This document shows, piece by piece, positions 18,489 to 24,691 of a stretch of DNA of 24,691 bases (position 1 is its first letter; each line of letters starts with the position of its first letter). The stretch is from contig JBHLLU010000036.1 in the NCBI GenBank assembly GCA_048938895.1, forward strand, positions 1-24,691, in the 5' to 3' direction. The notes beneath the pieces were generated by a model that saw only the letters and a program-made list of their open reading frames with translations, ran no database searches and had not been told where the DNA came from. The position numbers and the translations under genes are program-made. This DNA is from Promethearchaeota archaeon. Lineage in GTDB: Archaea > Asgardarchaeota > Lokiarchaeia > Sigyniarchaeales > SOKP01.

Positions 18489-19250
18489 CTAGATTTTAGA
18501 CATCTTGGCGCCACAGTTAGTGCAAAACAAATCATCAGTAAGTATTTTAGCTCCGCAATTCGTACAAGTAGCTGGGGTGGATGCGACAGAACTTTCTATT
18601 GCTCGATTTACATCCGAAATTTCAGTTACATCTTCTTTACTTTTTGATTTCACTTTTTTCCCCTTAGATCCTCCCGGTTTATATTTTAGACTCCCAATAA
18701 AAGCCCCAAAAACAGCACCTACGAGACATCCTTCCAAAATAGAAGATAACACCGCCACAAGAAAGGGTAAATTTGTCAATCCTGTTAATAAACCATCCAT
18801 TATCGCAGATCCTAATGGTAAAGCTATTGCTAAAACCAAATATATAACTGAAAAGATAATCATATAGCCGATCCCTATTGCAAGGCTGGAATTAATGCCG
18901 CCTCGAGGAGAATGAGCAAAAATCGCGCTTATAATAACGCATGTAAGTATCCAGGGTAAAGTAATAGCAATTATAAGCAAGATGTCCTCCGGACGATACA
19001 TTATACACCAATGGATTGGAAAGATAAAAATAAGAGCAAGCCCTATAAATGCCCCTGCCAGAAATTCCACAAAAAAACCAGCACCGGTCGGTAGGCTACC
19101 AGTTATAATACTCAATGCATCATCGATATTTTCAATCAATCCCCCGGTCACTCCCTCAGTTAAATTTAAGAACCTAAAAGAAATCCAAGACATCGGAATT
19201 AGAAAAATCATCCCCACTATACCGGAACCAATCACACGCTTAAATCCCAT
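18489..19250 (-). CDS. Gly-rich membrane protein (about 5-6 TM) with C-terminal zinc ribbon
   Basis: Hydrophobic Gly-rich helices, a Lys-rich linker (KPGGSKGKKVKSKSK), then CTNCGAKILTDDLFCTNCGAK. Confidence 0.85.
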   Translation of the reverse strand: MGFKRVIGSGIVGMIFLIPMSWISFRFLNLTEGVTGGLIENIDDALSIITGSLPTGAGFFVEFLAGAFIGLALIFIFPIHWCIMYRPEDILLIIAITLPWILTCVIISAIFAHSPRGGINSSLAIGIGYMIIFSVIYLVLAIALPLGSAIMDGLLTGLTNLPFLVAVLSSILEGCLVGAVFGAFIGSLKYKPGGSKGKKVKSKSKEDVTEISDVNRAIESSVASTPATCTNCGAKILTDDLFCTNCGAKMSKI

Positions 19251-19442
19251 AGTTATCCCCTTATATTCCTCTCAATTTTATTTATTTAATTCAAAAACTA
19301 AAGTAATTTGATAATAACTCAGACAATATTTATATTTATTTTTTTGTTTTCAAAAGGTGATTCCATTAATCTATGAGTATATTCCTACAAGAAAGAATTT
19401 TTTTATAAAAATTAGAAAAAATTGTATGAAATAAAATTTGAT

Positions 19443-20132
19443 TTATTGAATTTTAGTGATTCTTCCATTATCCATCTGAATTTTTTTGGTTCCATACTGG
19501 GATAAATCCCTATGCGTAACAAAAATTATAGTTGTTTCCATTTCTTTATTAATCTTCTTTAATAAATCCATAACTTGCTTTTCACTTTCAGGATCCAAGT
19601 TACCAGTAGCTTCGTCTGCTAAAATCACTCTTGGTCTATGAATAATCGCTCGAGCAATTCCACACCTCTGCTTTTCTCCCCCTGACATTTGAACCGGGTA
19701 GTGATCTTTGCGATCAAGTAAATCAACATCTCTCAATGCAGCAATTGCTCTATTTTCAATTTCTTTTTGACGTAAAACAGTTGGCCATAAAACAGCCTCT
19801 ACATTTTCCATTGCAGTTAATGTATTTACCAGATTAAAATCTTGAAATACAAAACCAATTTTTTGACGTCTAAGTCTACTTAACCTATCTTCTGTTGCTC
19901 GTGCGATATTTTCCCCATCAAATATTATTCTTCCTGAATCAGGTAAATCTAACCCCGATAAAACATTAAGGAGTGTAGACTTTCCACAACCGGTTGGACC
20001 TTGGACAACAGCAAATTCTCCTGCTCTAATTTTCAAATTAACGTCTGCTAAAGCTCGAATAATGGCACCTGCTCTTCGATATTCTTTATTAATGTCCACG
20101 GCTTCAATCATAATATCTTTATCTGCTGACAA
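19443..20132 (-). CDS. ABC transporter ATP-binding protein, LolD/FtsE/MacB (type VII) family
   Basis: Walker A GPTGCGKST, IGFVFQDFNL, signature MSGGEKQR, Walker B ILADEATGNLD, H-loop VTH. TTG start with GAGGTG RBS. Confidence 0.96.
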   Translation of the reverse strand: MSADKDIMIEAVDINKEYRRAGAIIRALADVNLKIRAGEFAVVQGPTGCGKSTLLNVLSGLDLPDSGRIIFDGENIARATEDRLSRLRRQKIGFVFQDFNLVNTLTAMENVEAVLWPTVLRQKEIENRAIAALRDVDLLDRKDHYPVQMSGGEKQRCGIARAIIHRPRVILADEATGNLDPESEKQVMDLLKKINKEMETTIIFVTHRDLSQYGTKKIQMDNGRITKIQ

Positions 20133-20145
20133 TTTCTTTTACACC

Positions 20146-20697
20146 TCATTCTCCTACTTTTTTTAATGCTATTATTGGTCTTACCTTTAATACCTTTCTA
20201 TAGGCTAAAAGAAAAGCAATTATTTGCACTAAAATGAAAATGGCACTTGTAATTATGACCGGAATCAACTGTACTAAGATTACATCATTTGTGTTAATCG
20301 AAGGGCTACCCGAGTTAAAATAAGCTAAAGCAGCAGTATAATGAAACAACACTTCAATGACGATAAAAAAACCCACTAAAGTCGTAAAAAATATCATTCC
20401 AGAAACTAGAGCTAAAATATTCTTATTTGTATAACCAATACATTTAAAAGTAGCCCATACTCGTCTTCTCCTTGATACTAAAATCCACGCATACAGTAGT
20501 GAAAGAAAGAGACTCGTTCCAAAAAAGATGGCGAGGAGATAGTATGCTTCTTCACCTAATCCGCCGGGTACAACCGCTAAATGCCAGAATAAACTCGTCA
20601 AAAAAATTAAGATCGTATAAATGAGAGTAAAAACTATGAAAATTTTTTTCTCTCTTAGAGATAGCAAAATAGCCTTCCTCAGCATTCTAAAAGCCAA
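20146..20697 (-). CDS. Minimal FtsX/MacB-like ABC permease (4 TM, no extracytoplasmic domain)
   Basis: VSRRRRVWATFKCIGYTNKNI matches the FtsX-domain 'ERRREIA.LKALG' segment; C-terminal AYRKVLKVRPIIALKK matches 'A.RA..L.P.EAL'; 13 bp upstream of the LolD-type ATPase; GGTGA RBS before a TTG start. Confidence 0.85.
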   Translation of the reverse strand: MAFRMLRKAILLSLREKKIFIVFTLIYTILIFLTSLFWHLAVVPGGLGEEAYYLLAIFFGTSLFLSLLYAWILVSRRRRVWATFKCIGYTNKNILALVSGMIFFTTLVGFFIVIEVLFHYTAALAYFNSGSPSINTNDVILVQLIPVIITSAIFILVQIIAFLLAYRKVLKVRPIIALKKVGE

Positions 20698-20804
20698 TTA
20701 TTGTCACCATTTTATATTTAAATTTGATCTTTGTTTATGTTTAAATTTATAATTGATTTTATTTATTTTATTTATAACAATTTAATAATAAATATTTGGT
20801 TATA
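20698..20804. promoter_or_regulatory. Divergent promoter region shared by the permease-ATPase operon and profilin
   Basis: About 107 bp, extremely AT-rich spacer between head-to-head starts with several TTTATA/TTTAAA TATA-like boxes; the functional boxes cannot be assigned from sequence alone. Confidence 0.5.
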
Positions 20805-21206
20805 ATGTCTGAAATTGAAGGAATTATTGATAACTTATTAGATGAAGAACAAAATATTTTTGGAGTAGCTATCATAAGTAAAGATGGAAGATTAATAACC
20901 CAAACTGAAAATTGGGACCTTACCAATGATCTAGGTTTATTAAACGAGTTATTAAATCAAAAACTGGCATTGGGTGAAAAAGGGATAACAAGTCTCACGA
21001 TACAAGGAATAAAATATATGATTGTGGAAAATACAGAAGAGAGAAAAATTGGCACAAATATTAGCGGAAAAGGGCATTTGATAGTATGTCCAATCCCTAT
21101 AGGAGGAACTGGAGCTTTAATTACATATATTAATCCTCAAGTAGGTCCAAGAGATGCGCTTTTTAATGTTCAAGAATACGCAAAGAAACTTGAAACTTTT
21201 ATTTAA
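20805..21206 (+). CDS. Profilin (Lokiarchaeal profilin-1 type; actin-monomer-binding eukaryotic signature protein)
   Basis: IEGIID.LL..E.N..G.AII.KDG..ITQTENW...NDL..LNE.LN.KLAL..KGIT.L.IQGIKYMIVENTEERKIGTNI.GKGH...CPIPIGG.GALITY.NP..GPRD.LFNVQEYAKKL closely matches the structurally characterised Loki profilin as I recall it. ATG at 20805 preferred over TTG at 20796. Confidence 0.93.
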   Translation: MSEIEGIIDNLLDEEQNIFGVAIISKDGRLITQTENWDLTNDLGLLNELLNQKLALGEKGITSLTIQGIKYMIVENTEERKIGTNISGKGHLIVCPIPIGGTGALITYINPQVGPRDALFNVQEYAKKLETFI

Positions 21207-21223
21207 GAATTATCAATTTTTTA

Positions 21224-22321
21224 TCATTTGAAGCAATTCCAATAGTTGGATAATAAACCTTTTAACGCTGACTTTATTTTTAACACCTCTTCTATCTTAG
21301 ATTCAGTTGAGAGTTGAAACTGTTCAAAAACAGGAATGTCATATTTTTCTCCTAAAAGCCCTTGTATGATGGCATACACACATTGAGGGAGCCCAAATAG
21401 ACTATAACCTCCTTCTAGAATAAAAGCTAATTTACCCTCACATATTCTTTTCGAGATCTTTAACAATCTTTTAGTGAATCTATTATATGAAGAAGATGTT
21501 AAAAGACCATTTCCAATAGGATCAGAAAAATGGAGATCAAATCCAGCGGCAATTATAATTATTTCAGGTTTAAATTCATCTAATACTGGTTCTAAAACAT
21601 CCATAAATTCCAAGAACTCATCATCAGTGATATTCATTGGTATTGGGAAGTTAATATTCTTACCAAGACCCTCATGCTCACCTAATTCATCAATAAACCC
21701 TAAATCTCCTTCAACAAAATCAAATTCATGAACAGAAAAATAGAGTACATTAGGATCGTTATAAAAATATTGAACTATTCCGTCCCCAAAATGAGCATCA
21801 ATATCAACAATTGCGATCTTAGTATTTTTCTGCAATTCTTTGTTCAAATATAATATTGCATTTGCAATATTATTGAATATACAAAGTCCGGAAGCCTTTT
21901 CTTGTAATGCATGATGTCCTGGTGGTCTAACAAGTGCAAAAGACTGATTAACATCAGATTTTAACACACTAGTTATTGCTTGTATCGTTCCTCCAACTGC
22001 TTTTTTTGCTAACTCGTAAGTATCTTCTGTTATAAATATTTCCTCGTCTGCTATTCCGAATCCTCTATTTGAAGAATTTTTAATAGAGGTTATATGATAA
22101 TTTGTATGTGCTAAATCTAATACAGAATCTTCTATCAATATAGGCTCCATCTTAATAATTCTTTCATTCAAAAATATATTTCGAATTTCTAGATAATCAT
22201 GAATTACTTTAATTCGTAAGGGTGTTTCATAGGAAAGAAAGATAGGATGTGGATGCGGAGGTGTATTTTTATAGCTAAAATCATCATCAGTTATTATTCC
22301 CACTTTATTAAGTTCCGTCAT
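21224..22321 (-). CDS. Zn-dependent histone deacetylase family protein (class II HDAC/AcuC/APAH-like)
   Basis: RPPGHHA, GLCIFNNIA, DIDAHFGDG, SVHE, GKNINFP, AGFDLHFSDPIG, LEGGYS. ATG at 22321 (ORF track begins at 22342). Confidence 0.95.
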   Translation of the reverse strand: MTELNKVGIITDDDFSYKNTPPHPHPIFLSYETPLRIKVIHDYLEIRNIFLNERIIKMEPILIEDSVLDLAHTNYHITSIKNSSNRGFGIADEEIFITEDTYELAKKAVGGTIQAITSVLKSDVNQSFALVRPPGHHALQEKASGLCIFNNIANAILYLNKELQKNTKIAIVDIDAHFGDGIVQYFYNDPNVLYFSVHEFDFVEGDLGFIDELGEHEGLGKNINFPIPMNITDDEFLEFMDVLEPVLDEFKPEIIIIAAGFDLHFSDPIGNGLLTSSSYNRFTKRLLKISKRICEGKLAFILEGGYSLFGLPQCVYAIIQGLLGEKYDIPVFEQFQLSTESKIEEVLKIKSALKGLLSNYWNCFK

Positions 22322-22430
22322 TTTAAAAAACCCAATATACAATTTAATAGCTAAATTATTATAATTAAATTTACATACATTTATTTTAAATAAGTTTCAA
22401 TTTTCATGTAAAAAAGGAATTGCATTAAAA

Positions 22431-24641
22431 ATGCCTACAGTAGAAATTATTTATACATTATTATTAAATCTCCTCCCAATAATTATATTAATTATTCCAT
22501 TGGCGTTTATTTGGAAAAAACTGGTTGGAAAATTATATTTTAGGATTGTTGTAGGGATTCTTATCTTTTTTCTTATATACTGGGTTTTTCCAATAATATT
22601 TCAGATTACTGAATCTCCTGATGAATTAACTGTACCTGTAGCTGAGGAAGGAAACGTTGCTTATGGCCTGGGATATATTTTCGCACATTTTGGTTCATTA
22701 ATTTCATTATTTCTTTCCTATCCTTTGATTACACTCCCGTTCATATTTTTTTTAGCTCCCTTTATTTCTTTCCTAATTTCATGGAACAGCTTGAGAAAAG
22801 AAGAGGGTTCAATGAAAGAAAAACTAAAAGAATTAAGCTTTGAAATTAGCGAAAGTCCAATTGACCGAACAAAGAAAGAATTATTAAGAGGAAATTGGAC
22901 ACGGGAAAAAGAAATTCTCAAGTTATTGGTCGTATTATTGCCAATTTCACTCTACTTGCTCCAGGTTATTTTAGAAATCTCTGGTTTGCATGAAGAATCA
23001 ATTACTACAGGGGAAACTGCGTTGGGCTGGTTTCTTGAAATATTATTCGTTTACTTAGCCGTTTTTATTTTTAGTATCGAGATTTTATCATCAAGTCAAA
23101 TAGCATTGAAAGGAAAATTCTTTGGAGAAAAAATACGAGAACAAACTTATAAAAGTCTATACACTATCGGTGCCCCAATGTCTATTTTATCAATTATTCT
23201 CTTTGTTATACAATACCAAGAATCGATAGGGATTATTATTTACTTCTTTGCATACTTTATAATGGCATCAGCAATCTTTATCTTATTTCTCGATATTTTT
23301 GAACCAATCTCTATCTTCTTATTTGCCAAAATAATAAATTGGTGGAAAAATCGAAAGGAAAAGAAAGTTGATAGTTCAAACTTCTATTACGTGTTAATTT
23401 TTGGAGCACTAGCACTTGTCTCCTATCTTATTCTAAATCTAATATTGACAAATTTTGGGTATTCTGCATTATTTGGAGAACCCGGTTCAGTTAAGGAAGA
23501 TTTGATTTATACCGCAGGCGAATATACTACTACTGACCCTTCATTTTATCGCTCTCTCCAATACGATTTAATTATTATCTATGGAATTTTCACCACAGAA
23601 ATTGTGTCTACTGTTATTTTAACATTATTTCTGGCATATGCTTTAAAATATCTGAAAAGTATAGGATTAGGAATCCTGGGGTATCTCCCTTTTATCATCA
23701 TTCTTTCTTTATTACTCGGAAGTTCAGTGAATTATTGGCTTACAGGGAAAATTAGTTATACTCAAATATTCGGAATTGAGTTTTACACACTGAGAACAGC
23801 AAGTTTAACAGCAAAATTACCCCCATTTCTACACGGGTTAGCAGCACCTTATTTGTATACACGTTATATCTTCAATATAATAATATGGGGTATTTTTATC
23901 TTCTATTTTAATAAATCATTCAAAACTAAGAATATACCAATTGGAGAAGAATTCGTTAAAAAAATAGTATTTTCAAACCTAACTGATTTTCTATCATTTG
24001 ATACATATAGCAAAGAAGATATATCGTATTTAATTTCTAAAGAAAAACCTCCTGAGATTAAAGATTTGGAGCAAGAACGTGAAGAAATAAAGGATATATT
24101 AAGAAACTTAGAAAATGACAAACTTTTGGAAGAATTGAAACCTGATGATGAAAATGAGCGTAGAAGATTTTATTTTACATTACGATACCTATACCAAAAC
24201 AATTTGATTGCTATTTGGAAACCAGAGCTAAGCTATCTTTATGAAAAAGCGGAAAAGCAGGGACTTTATATAATATATGATGATGGACGTGGAGTTTTTA
24301 ATTATGCCTTTAAAAGTGATTCTGTTCAAGATCCTGGTTTGGTATCTGGCATGTTCTCAGCAATTACTTCCTTTATAAAGGAAATGACCAAATCTACTGA
24401 AGCTTTAAAAAAAATTGACCACGGGGACATCACAATTCTTTTAGAATATGGTGCTAAAATATTTGGTGCGCTTTTCATAAAAGGAACTCAGAGTTCTGAA
24501 GTGAGAGCCCCTTTAAAAGAATTTGTTCAGAAGTTTGAAGAGAGATACGGAGATGTGTTAAAAGATTGGACTGGAGCCCTTGCTCCTTTTAAAGATACAG
24601 AAAATGATAAACTCGTTGAGGATATTTTCAAAGAAGACTAA
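22431..24641 (+). CDS. Polytopic membrane protein (about 12-13 TM) with cytoplasmic C-terminal longin-like domain
   Basis: About 490 hydrophobic N-terminal residues; C-terminal LYIIYDDGRGVFNY..DPGLVSGMFSAITSFIKEM....LKKIDHGDITILLEYG..IFGALF.....LKEFVQKFEERY...L..W.G..F is the typical Asgard longin pattern. Confidence 0.85.
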   Translation: MPTVEIIYTLLLNLLPIIILIIPLAFIWKKLVGKLYFRIVVGILIFFLIYWVFPIIFQITESPDELTVPVAEEGNVAYGLGYIFAHFGSLISLFLSYPLITLPFIFFLAPFISFLISWNSLRKEEGSMKEKLKELSFEISESPIDRTKKELLRGNWTREKEILKLLVVLLPISLYLLQVILEISGLHEESITTGETALGWFLEILFVYLAVFIFSIEILSSSQIALKGKFFGEKIREQTYKSLYTIGAPMSILSIILFVIQYQESIGIIIYFFAYFIMASAIFILFLDIFEPISIFLFAKIINWWKNRKEKKVDSSNFYYVLIFGALALVSYLILNLILTNFGYSALFGEPGSVKEDLIYTAGEYTTTDPSFYRSLQYDLIIIYGIFTTEIVSTVILTLFLAYALKYLKSIGLGILGYLPFIIILSLLLGSSVNYWLTGKISYTQIFGIEFYTLRTASLTAKLPPFLHGLAAPYLYTRYIFNIIIWGIFIFYFNKSFKTKNIPIGEEFVKKIVFSNLTDFLSFDTYSKEDISYLISKEKPPEIKDLEQEREEIKDILRNLENDKLLEELKPDDENERRRFYFTLRYLYQNNLIAIWKPELSYLYEKAEKQGLYIIYDDGRGVFNYAFKSDSVQDPGLVSGMFSAITSFIKEMTKSTEALKKIDHGDITILLEYGAKIFGALFIKGTQSSEVRAPLKEFVQKFEERYGDVLKDWTGALAPFKDTENDKLVEDIFKED

Positions 24642-24642
24642 T

Positions 24643-24662
24643 TCTTTTTATTTTTTTATTCT
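24643..24662 (+). terminator. Oligo-T terminator after the longin-domain gene
   Basis: ttctttttatttttttatt directly after the stop codon. Confidence 0.55.
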
Positions 24663-24691
24663 CTCTCTACTATACTAGATCAATTTGTACC

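Noticed and set aside
19443-20697. Naming the ABC pair ftsEX or lolCD
   Set aside because: The permease lacks the extracytoplasmic domain those systems need, and their bacterial peptidoglycan or outer-membrane context does not apply; only a family-level call is supported.
3389-22342. Selenocysteine read-through at TGA-ending ORFs (stops at 4510, 10548, 20146, 21224), considered because Lokiarchaeia encode selenoproteins
   Set aside because: Each protein appears complete at the TGA, the next gene or a terminator follows immediately, and I saw no SECIS-like hairpin.
1098-24121. Short ORF-track entries overlapping longer genes (1098..1286, 2050..2247, 2656..2862, 3322..3675, 4534..4725, 7677..7883, 8574..8909, 11759..12031, 12202..12453, 13709..13906, 14387..14590, 15329..15517, 16976..17164, 18505..18867, 18982..19311, 21474..21731, 22718..22921, 23903..24121)
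   Set aside because: All lie antisense to, or out of frame within, well-supported genes. They show the Ser/Ile/Pro/Phe-rich composition of shadow ORFs and no recognisable motifs.
1-24691. tRNA, rRNA, CRISPR array, insertion sequence or provirus
   Set aside because: All spacers are under about 270 bp and AT-rich with no cloverleaf or repeat-spacer pattern, and no ORF has transposase, integrase or capsid motifs.

Overview
AT-rich (roughly 30% GC by eye) archaeal chromosomal segment, almost certainly from an Asgard archaeon of the Lokiarchaeia. The assignment rests on a close match to Loki profilin as I recall it, a Rab-like small GTPase without a prenylation tail, a membrane protein with a C-terminal longin-type domain, GGTGA-type ribosome-binding sites and oligo-T terminators. 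The left half (1-11.2 kb) is anaerobic metabolism: a possible reductive-dehalogenase N-terminus at the edge, a radical SAM/SPASM protein, a Lin0512-family protein, a 2-hydroxyacyl-CoA dehydratase/benzoyl-CoA reductase-family cluster (two paralogous 438-aa subunits, one partner subunit, one ATP-dependent activase), a FAD oxidoreductase plus CCG/Fe-S pair, an atypical ureohydrolase and a QueG/RdhA-like Fe-S protein. The right half (11.5-24.6 kb) holds eukaryotic-signature and envelope genes: Rab-like GTPase, winged-helix protein, acyl-CoA ligase, a large membrane-anchored surface protein, two uncharacterised membrane proteins, a LolD/FtsE-type ATPase with an FtsX-type permease that lacks any extracytoplasmic domain, then profilin (divergent from the permease), an HDAC-family deacetylase and a roughly 12-13 TM longin-domain protein. 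The best candidate for an undescribed system is this profilin-linked minimal type VII ABC/membrane-protein locus (15.1-24.6 kb). No rRNA, tRNA, CRISPR array or mobile element was seen. All family calls come from motif recognition; no searches were run.
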